A stretch of DNA of 64,000 nucleotides from an uncultured Chlamydiales bacterium (GTDB taxonomy: Bacteria > Chlamydiota > Chlamydiia > Chlamydiales > JAAKFR01), in the NCBI GenBank assembly GCA_963705695.1, contig CAVPKN010000043.1, positions 103-64,102 on the forward strand, written 5' to 3'. A model generated the notes under the pieces. It made no database searches. It was not told the DNA's origin and saw nothing but the letters and a program-made list of their open reading frames with translations. Each line of letters starts with the position of its first letter. Position 1 is the first letter of the stretch. Below are positions 19,648 through 27,542 of this stretch, one piece after another. A program made the position numbers and the translations under genes.

Positions 19648-20253
19648 ATGGAGGATTATCTCATTGTCGGGCTTGGGAATCCCGGTTCCAAATACGAGAA
19701 GACCCGCCACAATTTAGGGTTTATGGCCGTTGAGGCTTTTGCCAAAACACATGGGTTGTCACTTAAACGGGGATGGCGACTCAATGGGCGAGTGGCGAGT
19801 GGGTGTGTTGGTGAGAGGAAAGTGTTTCTTCTTCTCCCTTCGACATATATGAATTTAAGTGGAACTGCCGTGAGTAAGGCGGTTAATTATTACCATATTC
19901 CCCTCAATCGCATACTGGTGATTGTCGATGATGTTTACATCAAAATAGGGGAGTTGCGGATCCGCCCTTCAGGTAGTCCTGGGGGGCATAATGGTTTAAA
20001 AAATATCGATGCGTTGCTGGGAACGCAGGAATATCCTCGCCTCCGGATGGGGGTAGGCCCTGAAGAGGGACAATTGCCCAGCAGGCAAGAAGTGGCTTTA
20101 GAAGAATATGTCTTGGCACAATTTGCGCCAAGCGAGCAAAAGCGACTCATTCAGGTGGTAGAAAACAGCACTTCGGTCATTGAATGCTGGTTATCACAAG
20201 GTGTAGAAAGAGCAAGCCAACTTGCAGGGGAACTCAACAATAGGTTCACATGA
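19648..20253 (+). CDS. pth: peptidyl-tRNA hydrolase
   Basis: The LIVGLGNPGSKYEKTRHNLGF signature is present in an intact 201-aa ORF. Confidence 0.95.
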   Translation: MEDYLIVGLGNPGSKYEKTRHNLGFMAVEAFAKTHGLSLKRGWRLNGRVASGCVGERKVFLLLPSTYMNLSGTAVSKAVNYYHIPLNRILVIVDDVYIKIGELRIRPSGSPGGHNGLKNIDALLGTQEYPRLRMGVGPEEGQLPSRQEVALEEYVLAQFAPSEQKRLIQVVENSTSVIECWLSQGVERASQLAGELNNRFT

Positions 20254-20585
20254 AAGAAAGAAAACAACTCTATGAAGGGATGTATATCCTCAACGCAGCC
20301 TTAAGTGAAGATGCGCGACAAAAGTGTCTTGAGCGGATCACTTCGGGAATATCGGAAAAGGGAGGAGAGATCCATAAAGTCCACGACCAGGGACGTAAAA
20401 AATTGGCTTACGAGATCCGTGGTCTGCGCGAAGGTCATTATTTCTTACTCTACTTTACAGCGCCAAGCACTGTATTTTCAGAGTTATGGAGAGAATACCA
20501 TCTCAACGAAGATCTTCTCCGGTTTTTAACGCTAAGAGCAGAAGAGATTAAGGAAACAATTGAGTTTAAAAAACTTCCCGAATGA
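20250..20585 (+). CDS. rpsF: 30S ribosomal protein S6
   Basis: [14 protein letters not shown]...[15 protein letters not shown] fits S6. The gene begins the rpsF-rpsR-rplI order. Confidence 0.9.
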   Translation: MKERKQLYEGMYILNAALSEDARQKCLERITSGISEKGGEIHKVHDQGRKKLAYEIRGLREGHYFLLYFTAPSTVFSELWREYHLNEDLLRFLTLRAEEIKETIEFKKLPE

Positions 20586-20595
20586 GGAAAAAAAA

Positions 20596-20862
20596 ATGAT
20601 GAGAATGACGTCGTCGTCGCCGGACTCACCCTATATGGAGTCTCGTAAGAAACGCGTTTCAAAGCGTTGTCCGTTCATGGCGGCCGGCTGGAAGGATATC
20701 GATTATAAAGATATTGAGACCTTGAAACGGTTCATTACCGATCGAGGGAAGATTCTTCCACGGCGCATCACCGGTGTTTCAGCCCGTTTCCAACGGCTTT
20801 TAAATATCGCGGTTAAAAGAGCTCGCTACATTGGACTCCTTCCATTTGTATCAGAAGAATAG
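20596..20862 (+). CDS. rpsR: 30S ribosomal protein S18
   Basis: [50 protein letters not shown] fits S18. The start is set at the ATG at 20596, after a GAGGA site. Confidence 0.9.
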   Translation: MMRMTSSSPDSPYMESRKKRVSKRCPFMAAGWKDIDYKDIETLKRFITDRGKILPRRITGVSARFQRLLNIAVKRARYIGLLPFVSEE

Positions 20863-20871
20863 GTAAATCAT

Positions 20872-21408
20872 ATGAAACAACAACTTCTACTTTTGGACGA
20901 TGTCGATGGTTTGGGGCGGAGCGGCGACGTTGTGACAGCCAAGCCAGGCTTTATTCGCAATTTCCTGCTCCCGCAAAAAAAGGCTGTTATTGTCGACAAA
21001 CAAACTTTAAAAATGCAGGCTCGCCTCAAAGCTGAGAGAGAAAAACGAGCCCTCGTAGATCGAAAAGAAGCGGAGGAATTTGCAAAAACGCTTGTTGGTC
21101 TGACTCTGACTACCGAAGTTAAGATTGATCCGGAAGGAAGAATGTACGGCTCAGTCTCGACACTCGATATTGCCCGTATGCTTCAGGCAAAAGGTTATCC
21201 TTTCGAGCGAAAAAACATCTCTCTAACTCAGCCTATCAAAGCGCTTGGGTCTCATACAATACAGTTGAAATTGAAAGAGGGTGTCTTAGCGACATTTATT
21301 CTAGTTGTTGAGCCTGAAGGTGGCATTTTGCCACAAAAGCAAGCTGCTGCTGCGCCACCTCAGGAAGAGGAAGCCACGGAAGCTTCCTCCGAGGGTGAGG
21401 AGAAGTAA
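20872..21408 (+). CDS. rplI: 50S ribosomal protein L9
   Basis: MKQQLLLLDDVDGLGRSGDVVTAKPGFIRNFLLPQKKAV fits the L9 N-terminus. The C-terminal tail is acidic. Confidence 0.9.
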   Translation: MKQQLLLLDDVDGLGRSGDVVTAKPGFIRNFLLPQKKAVIVDKQTLKMQARLKAEREKRALVDRKEAEEFAKTLVGLTLTTEVKIDPEGRMYGSVSTLDIARMLQAKGYPFERKNISLTQPIKALGSHTIQLKLKEGVLATFILVVEPEGGILPQKQAAAAPPQEEEATEASSEGEEK

Positions 21409-21455
21409 TTTTCTTCTGTTTGCCGAGCGAGCACGTGATGCCTGGAAAGTAAAGA

Positions 21456-21488
21456 TCGGGCACGGGCGCGGGCTCGGGCTCGTTCACG
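21456..21488. repeat. family A repeat, right-arm-only partial copy
   Basis: tcgggcacgggcgcgggctcgggctcgttcacg matches the right arm of the 4624 element. No clean left arm is present. Confidence 0.5.
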
Positions 21489-21510
21489 GTCAAAGGATCG
21501 GAATCGGAAA

Positions 21511-22335
21511 ATGTTGACGCTTTTTTCGCCGGCTAAACTGAATCTTTTCCTCTTAATTTTAGGGAAGAGGAGCGATGGGTATCACGAGCTTGCCTCCTTG
21601 ATGCAAACCATCGATCTGGGGGATCAGATCACTTTTACCCTAGCTTCAGAAGATCGCATCCGTTGTTCCGATCCCAATTTGCCTTGTGGACCTACGAATT
21701 TGATCTCTAAGGCAGTAGCCCTTTTCAGAAGAAAAACAGGATTAAATCACTCCATTTCCATTGAGGTGGAGAAGAAAATTCCGATCGAGGCTGGGCTTGG
21801 AGGAGGGAGTAGTAACGGGGCAACGACCTTATGGGCTCTCAATGCGCTCCACGGGCACCCTGTAAAAGAGGAAGAACTTCAGAGTTGGTCGGCAGAAATG
21901 GGATCGGACCTCCCCTTTTTTTTCTCACACGGAACTGCCTATTGCACAGGACGGGGAGAAAACGTAAAAAACCTACCACCACTGACGTTTGATCGCCCTC
22001 TATTTCTCTATAAGCCAAAAGAAGGGCTCTCTACAGTTGAAGTCTACCGCGCTCTTCAACTTGCAACGTGTGCCCCCTTAAATCCAGAAAAATTGATCGA
22101 GGAGTTTTATGGCGGGGAGCCGTTATTTCATAACGATTTGGAAGAACCTGCCTTCCGCCTTTTGCCCGAGCTTTATCGTTATAAAACGGAACTGCAGGCA
22201 CAGGGAATCACGCAGATCACACTTTCAGGATCGGGCAGTGCTCTTTTTGGTTTTGGCAAGGGGACAAATGCACTTAGGTGTATCAATCGCACGGCTAATG
22301 CCTGGTACACAAGCGATGTAGCGAGTGGAAATTAA
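21511..22335 (+). CDS. ispE: 4-diphosphocytidyl-2-C-methyl-D-erythritol kinase
   Basis: The N-terminus is SPAKLNLFLLILGKRSDGYHEL, and the GHMP kinase motif is PIEAGLGGGSSNGATTL. Confidence 0.9.
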   Translation: MLTLFSPAKLNLFLLILGKRSDGYHELASLMQTIDLGDQITFTLASEDRIRCSDPNLPCGPTNLISKAVALFRRKTGLNHSISIEVEKKIPIEAGLGGGSSNGATTLWALNALHGHPVKEEELQSWSAEMGSDLPFFFSHGTAYCTGRGENVKNLPPLTFDRPLFLYKPKEGLSTVEVYRALQLATCAPLNPEKLIEEFYGGEPLFHNDLEEPAFRLLPELYRYKTELQAQGITQITLSGSGSALFGFGKGTNALRCINRTANAWYTSDVASGN

Positions 22336-22727
22336 ATGGCTCCTGCGAACCGGGAAGTGTGTTGGCTGGCTGCTGTTTCGATAATAGATTTGCACTCCCT
22401 TAGGTGCTGCACTCCGGCATCTCTCGCTTTTCGGCCATAAAGGATAAAGCGGTGTTCTAAATCATCTGCACGCTCTTCAAAAGCCTGGATCAATCTTTGT
22501 TTATGGTTATCGTCAATCCCATACTGCTCGATTACGCTCTTAAGCTGCGTCTGTAGCCCTGGAAGATCGGTAATGTAACGATTTGTGTCTAATTTGTGCG
22601 CCTGCCGCCAAGTGACATTTGTAAAATGTTTTTCTTCTCGGTCATAAATAAATCTCTGCCCCGTGTCCAGGGCGGTTGAGATAATTTCATACTGTCTAAC
22701 GATGTTGTTTTCTTGGTTAAATGTCAT
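22332..22727 (-). CDS. hypothetical protein
   Basis: 131-aa ORF with an AT-rich upstream region. No motif recognised. Confidence 0.55.
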   Translation of the reverse strand: MTFNQENNIVRQYEIISTALDTGQRFIYDREEKHFTNVTWRQAHKLDTNRYITDLPGLQTQLKSVIEQYGIDDNHKQRLIQAFEERADDLEHRFILYGRKARDAGVQHLRECKSIIETAASQHTSRFAGAI

Positions 22728-22849
22728 GATGTTACCTCAAATGTTTACTTTATTGTAACATGTTGAAACATAAATGGTAATATCATTTTTTTAACTCGGA
22801 GAGGGGTCCGAGAGAAACTCGGACCGGACTCTACAGGGAACGCTTTGCT

Positions 22850-23212
22850 TTAAAGAGAGCGCTGCGCTTGACGAATACTTTTGAGAAATGAAGGGAAACG
22901 AGCCGCATCCCCTGACATAAACTCTTTCACCCCTTTTGTCTCTGTGTCGATCGGAGTGGCTTTGCACTTATTGGTCGGAGCTATTTTTTGTAAAAAGGTA
23001 GGACTTGAATAATCTTGGGGAACTTTGTATTGACTCATTTGCCCTTGAACCTTCTCCATATGTTCCGTGGTAGTGCTCACGCCAGACGTCAGGGGTTCAA
23101 AGGTTTTTGTATCGCTATTGTAACTAATCCGCGTCTCTAGCGTCGCTGCTTTTGAATTCACAGATCGATATGACATATTGTTCCCTTCCGACGGCCCAAT
23201 CTTCGATGACAT
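22850..23212 (-). CDS. hypothetical Ser/Thr-rich protein
   Basis: 120-aa ORF preceded by GAGGTGAGG on the minus strand. It has no hydrophobic segment and no recognised motif. Confidence 0.5.
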   Translation of the reverse strand: MSSKIGPSEGNNMSYRSVNSKAATLETRISYNSDTKTFEPLTSGVSTTTEHMEKVQGQMSQYKVPQDYSSPTFLQKIAPTNKCKATPIDTETKGVKEFMSGDAARFPSFLKSIRQAQRSL

Positions 23213-23299
23213 AACCTCACCTCGTTATTTGGTTAACGATTCTGGCTTATACCGATTCAATTTTTATTTGTCTAATTCCAATATCGTTTTTTCCTCGAT

Positions 23300-23492
23300 G
23301 TAACTAAAGATGGTGGCAAATTTTTATTTAACTGACAACATCATGACTCCGCTACGATGAGAACGATACACGATATGAACGATCACAAAAAAAAAGCACT
23401 TCTCTTATTTTTTTGATACTTTCTATCGTTTCTGTGTGCGGGTATATGATAGTCGTCGATTAAAAGATAGATTTGCCACCACCTTTAGTTAC
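23300..23492. mobile_element. MITE-like element, family E, full copy
   Basis: The 22-bp terminal inverted repeats are gtaactaaagatggtggcaaat and atttgccaccacctttagttac, with one mismatch. The interior is shared with 29913..30098 (inverted) and 58768..58857. Confidence 0.7.
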
Positions 23493-23588
23493 ACCCTTTT
23501 TCTCCGGATCGCTTTTGTTTTTGTGAGCCATTTGTTATATTCTCTCAGATATGAAGATGTTTGAAGACCTACTTTTGGGAGTCAGATT

Positions 23589-24572
23589 ATGAAGATGTTT
23601 GAGGATAAGTACATCGTTGTAACAGGTGGTTGTGGATTTATCGGATCGGGGGTGGTGCGGACTTTGAACGATCTCGGGATGAAAAACATCGTCGTGATTG
23701 ATAATTTGGGGCAGAGCGAAAAGTGGAAAAATCTGGTGGGGAAACGCTTCGTCGAAATCGTGCATAAAGACCATTGCTTTCAATGGCTTCATGGGAAAGA
23801 AGATGAGATTGAAGCGTTTATTCATCTCGGAGCCTGCTCAAGCACTACAGAAATGAATGCCAATTATCTTCTCGAAAATAATTTCCGTTTTTCAATGGCC
23901 TTGGCAGAATTTGCAATCACACATGATCACCGTTTTATCTATGCCTCCTCTGCAGCGACCTATGGCGATGGAAGTCAGGGATTCTCCGACGCTCATGCCA
24001 AGCTCGGCATTTATTCCCCTCTCAACATGTATGGCTATTCCAAACACCTTTTCGATCTTTGGCTCCAAGATCAAAATTTACTCGATAAAGTCGTCGGCCT
24101 TAAATATTTTAACGTCTATGGACCGAACGAATTTCACAAAGGACGTATGGCATCCGCTATTCTTAAGATGGTGCCCGACGCACTCAATCAAGGGAAAATC
24201 TCACTCTTTAAATCCTCCGAGCCAGAAAAATTTTCAGATGGGGGGCAGATGAGAGATTTCATCTATGTCAAGGATGCGGCGCGGATGACTGTTCAATTTT
24301 TAGAAAATGAGGAGAGCGGAATTTTTAATATTGGTTCTGGCAAGCCTCAGAGTTGGAAAGATCTTGCCGAGTCAGTCATTGCCGCCCTTGATCGTCCCAT
24401 TACTATTGAGTATATCGATATGCCTAAAGATCTGATTGGTAAATACCAGAACTACACTTGTGCTGAGATGGAAAAAAGCCGGGATCAACATCTTCTCATG
24501 CCCCAATTCAATTTGAAAGAGGGCGTTGGAGATTATATCCGTAACTACCTTCTTCCCCATAAATATTGGTAA
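23589..24572 (+). CDS. hldD: ADP-L-glycero-D-manno-heptose 6-epimerase
   Basis: VVTGGCGFIGSGVV, ASSAATYG, YGYSK and YFNVYGPNEFHKGRMAS are colinear with HldD/RfaD. Confidence 0.9.
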   Translation: MKMFEDKYIVVTGGCGFIGSGVVRTLNDLGMKNIVVIDNLGQSEKWKNLVGKRFVEIVHKDHCFQWLHGKEDEIEAFIHLGACSSTTEMNANYLLENNFRFSMALAEFAITHDHRFIYASSAATYGDGSQGFSDAHAKLGIYSPLNMYGYSKHLFDLWLQDQNLLDKVVGLKYFNVYGPNEFHKGRMASAILKMVPDALNQGKISLFKSSEPEKFSDGGQMRDFIYVKDAARMTVQFLENEESGIFNIGSGKPQSWKDLAESVIAALDRPITIEYIDMPKDLIGKYQNYTCAEMEKSRDQHLLMPQFNLKEGVGDYIRNYLLPHKYW

Positions 24573-24598
24573 TTGTTCCGATGAACCTATCCCACTAT

Positions 24599-24826
24599 CA
24601 GCAATTCCCGCCGACAATTTTATGCGGTTATTTTTTTACCACAGAGCTCACAGAGCACACAGAGTTAATTGCTTGTGTGGAGTCGCGCACAAACGATAGC
24701 GCTCGGCCAAGGCCCGCGTATGCGCTTGGCCGGCTCTGTGCGCTCTGTGTTCTCTGTGGTTATAAAAAAAGTTTACGAAAACTTTTATCAAGCCTACTCG
24801 ATGGAATCGACCGGCGGGAATGGCTG
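24599..24826. mobile_element. MITE, family C (cacagag family), full copy with 9-bp target-site duplication
   Basis: The termini are cagcaattcccgccg and cggcgggaatggctg. The internal palindrome is accacagagctcacagagcacacagag...ctctgtgcgctctgtgttctctgtggt. The identical direct repeat tcccactat lies at 24590..24598 and at 24827..24835. Confidence 0.8.
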
Positions 24827-24980
24827 TCCCACTATTGGCAAAAAGTGCTTTTTAAGTCTTTTTCCGCATCTTTTAGAGCCGCTTCTCGGCCTACTTACCA
24901 AAGTATGTCCTTCGAAACGGCTCTAAAATCTGCAAAAAAATCCTTTAAAAATCACATTTTTCGAATAGTGAGATAGGTTC

Positions 24981-25934
24981 ATGGTTCTTTTAAAACCAAA
25001 AAAAATTCTCGTTGCCGGCGATGTCATGCTCGACATCTACACCATAGGCGATGTCGTCCGCATATCCCCAGAAGCACCCGTTCCCGTATTGCGCGTCAAA
25101 GAAGAAACACAGAGACCGGGGGGAGCGGGTAACGCCATTTTAAATCTGATCTCTCTTGGGATGGAGGTGGTCGCATTGGGAAGAGTAGGGGATGACCCGG
25201 GCGGCTTCACGTTTCTAGAGGAGATGAAAAAAGAGAGAGTTGACACGCGGGGCATCGTGTGTGAGCCCTCTTTCAAAACGCCCTTGAAAAACAGAATGAT
25301 TGCTTCAGGGCAACAGATAGTCCGGATCGATCATGAACGCCCGAGCTTATTGACTCAAGAGATGGAAGCTCGCATCATTAATTTGCTCCCTGCATTGTTA
25401 GAAAACATCGATGTGGTAGCCATATCGGACTATGCGAAGGGTTTTTTGACACAATCTCTCCTTACACAACTGATCTCTTCTGCCAAAAAACAGGGGATTC
25501 CCATTGTCGTCGATCCCAAAGGAATGGATTTCAATCGCTATCAAGGGGCCACGCTTCTCAAGCCGAATCTGGCAGAGGCGGTGGGTGCTGCTGGTTTAGG
25601 CATTGAGGCCACGCTAGATGATATTGCAGCCCGAATTTTGAGCGATGTCGATATTGAAACCCTTCTCATCACCCGTTCCAAGGAGGGGATCTCCCTCTTT
25701 ACACGGAATCAGCGAAGACAAGATTTCCCTGCTCAAATTCATGAAGTGAAGGATGTCACAGGGGCCGGGGACACCGTGCTTGCTATCATTACGGCCGCAG
25801 TGGCTAACCATCTTTCATTCGGCGAGGCAGCCATCCTGGCGAATGTCGCTGCCGGCATCGCGATCGAAAGAGTTGGGTGTGCCCGCATTTCCCTTGCCGA
25901 TCTGAGCCAACGTCTGCTACATACATTTAATTAA
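24981..25934 (+). CDS. rfaE: D-beta-D-heptose 7-phosphate kinase (RfaE domain I type, PfkB family; no adenylyltransferase domain attached)
   Basis: ILVAGDVMLDIYTIGDVVRISPEAPVPVLRVKEETQRPGGAGNA matches the HldE kinase-domain N-terminus. The C-terminal motif is VTGAGDTV. Confidence 0.85.
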   Translation: MVLLKPKKILVAGDVMLDIYTIGDVVRISPEAPVPVLRVKEETQRPGGAGNAILNLISLGMEVVALGRVGDDPGGFTFLEEMKKERVDTRGIVCEPSFKTPLKNRMIASGQQIVRIDHERPSLLTQEMEARIINLLPALLENIDVVAISDYAKGFLTQSLLTQLISSAKKQGIPIVVDPKGMDFNRYQGATLLKPNLAEAVGAAGLGIEATLDDIAARILSDVDIETLLITRSKEGISLFTRNQRRQDFPAQIHEVKDVTGAGDTVLAIITAAVANHLSFGEAAILANVAAGIAIERVGCARISLADLSQRLLHTFN

Positions 25935-26044
25935 CTCACTTTACGCAGCCACCGATCCATGTAAGTAGGCTGCACTCTGAAGGTGAGTAATTAACGCACT
26001 CTAAGTTTTATTTGGTCAGCAGACACACTTGAAGAGGGGATTCT

Positions 26045-27391
26045 ATGTTTGATTGGGAATGTCAACCTGGAGCTGAGGCCTGGCTCTACGCGATGCTCAA
26101 TGAATTTAAGGAAAAGAATCGCTATTTAATCGATTTAGAAAGGGAACTTGTCGAGAAAAGCAGCACCCGTCTCTTCGATTGGATCGATCATCTCACGATT
26201 CCCTATTCAGCATCGGTAGAGGAAGAGTTGCAGAGGCATGGCTTTGAGCAGGTACTCGCCATGCCAAGCTACTGCCTATTTTCCCATCCTGGGGCTAAAC
26301 TTCCCTCCCTTCTCATCACTGATACGGGGAGCAATACCGTCCTAAGCCATCCACACGGTATAGCGATCAAAGTGGAGAGCATTTCCGATTTTTTGATGGT
26401 GCGCCGCTTGAATAGAACCATTGAAGGTTCGATCTGTGCCCCTTATCGCCGTTGTTTGGTCCATCAAGAAGGAGGCGTTGCATTACTTGCTGTGGAAAGA
26501 AGAGGGACAAGAGGGGTGGAACCCATCTATCTTGGTGAAGGCCATATCTCTAACTACGTGAGCACACTTGAGCAATTGCAGACCCGGAGCCGCACTACCA
26601 TGGAGGAGATTTTACGGTTGGCACAAGAGTGGGTAGTCGAGCTTGGTTGTGACATGACCGCTTGGGCAGTCCTCGAAATTGAGAGGCTATATTGGCAGAG
26701 TCGAAACCGGGCCGCAGCCTTGCAAAAATCACGTCAAGATTGCGTCGGCATGGGGTGGGGCAATCACGATCATCATACTTTTCGCAGTAGCAGAACCCAT
26801 TTTTCCCTTCTCGTCCGCCTCTTTGAAACGTTAGGCTTTCATTGCCGTGAACGGTATTATGCCGGTGAAGAGGCAGGGTGGGGGGCGCAAATCATGGAAA
26901 ACACAACATGTGGTTTGGTCCTCTTTCTCGATGTCGATTTAGCACCCGATGAATTGGATATCGACTTTGCCCACCATCCGTTACCTCCTCTTAAGACTTT
27001 AGGAACCGTAGGCTTATGGTGTGCGCTCCACGGTGATTCCATTTTGGAAGCGGGCATGCACCATTTAGAGGCGCAATTTTCATTTGAGACACTCACAGCC
27101 GATTTAGCCACACATCAGATCGGCATGATGGCGCCGTTTAGCAACTTCACTTACCTGAAACAAGCCTTCACACAGGGAGAGATCTGGTCAGTCGATCCCG
27201 CACGTATCGCCGTGCTGCAAAAGGAGGGAGTCATCACATCAACTCAAGCGGAACACTTTCTCCACCACGGTGCTCTCGGTAGCCATCTCGAAAATCTTCA
27301 GAGGCAAGAGGGATACAAGGGCTTCAATAAAAACAATGTCAGCGTCATCATCAAAAAAACCGACCCCCGACTCCACCACCAGCAGCAATAG
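26045..27391 (+). CDS. hypothetical protein (448 aa), His-rich motifs, family not recognised
   Basis: Intact ORF. The motifs HPHGIAIKVESISDF, NHDHHTFRSS and GMHHLEAQF are weakly reminiscent of metal-binding VOC-type folds. This is speculative. Confidence 0.65.
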   Translation: MFDWECQPGAEAWLYAMLNEFKEKNRYLIDLERELVEKSSTRLFDWIDHLTIPYSASVEEELQRHGFEQVLAMPSYCLFSHPGAKLPSLLITDTGSNTVLSHPHGIAIKVESISDFLMVRRLNRTIEGSICAPYRRCLVHQEGGVALLAVERRGTRGVEPIYLGEGHISNYVSTLEQLQTRSRTTMEEILRLAQEWVVELGCDMTAWAVLEIERLYWQSRNRAAALQKSRQDCVGMGWGNHDHHTFRSSRTHFSLLVRLFETLGFHCRERYYAGEEAGWGAQIMENTTCGLVLFLDVDLAPDELDIDFAHHPLPPLKTLGTVGLWCALHGDSILEAGMHHLEAQFSFETLTADLATHQIGMMAPFSNFTYLKQAFTQGEIWSVDPARIAVLQKEGVITSTQAEHFLHHGALGSHLENLQRQEGYKGFNKNNVSVIIKKTDPRLHHQQQ

Positions 27392-27496
27392 CTGCGCCAG
27401 TAGTTTGGATATTTTGTTTTTGAACAAGCGCAAACGCTCTCTGTGCGTGCTTCGCTCCGAAGTTGTGAAAAAAAATAGGATTTTAGGGAAATAAAA

Positions 27497-27523
27497 AAAC
27501 CCAGCCTTTCACAGGCTGGGTTT
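27497..27523. terminator. bidirectional hairpin terminator between convergent genes
   Basis: The hairpin is aaaCCCAGCCTttcacAGGCTGGGttt, flanked by an A-run and a T-run. It sits between the stops at 27391 (+) and 27543 (-). Confidence 0.6.
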
Positions 27524-27542
27524 CAACGTACAATTAATTTGT

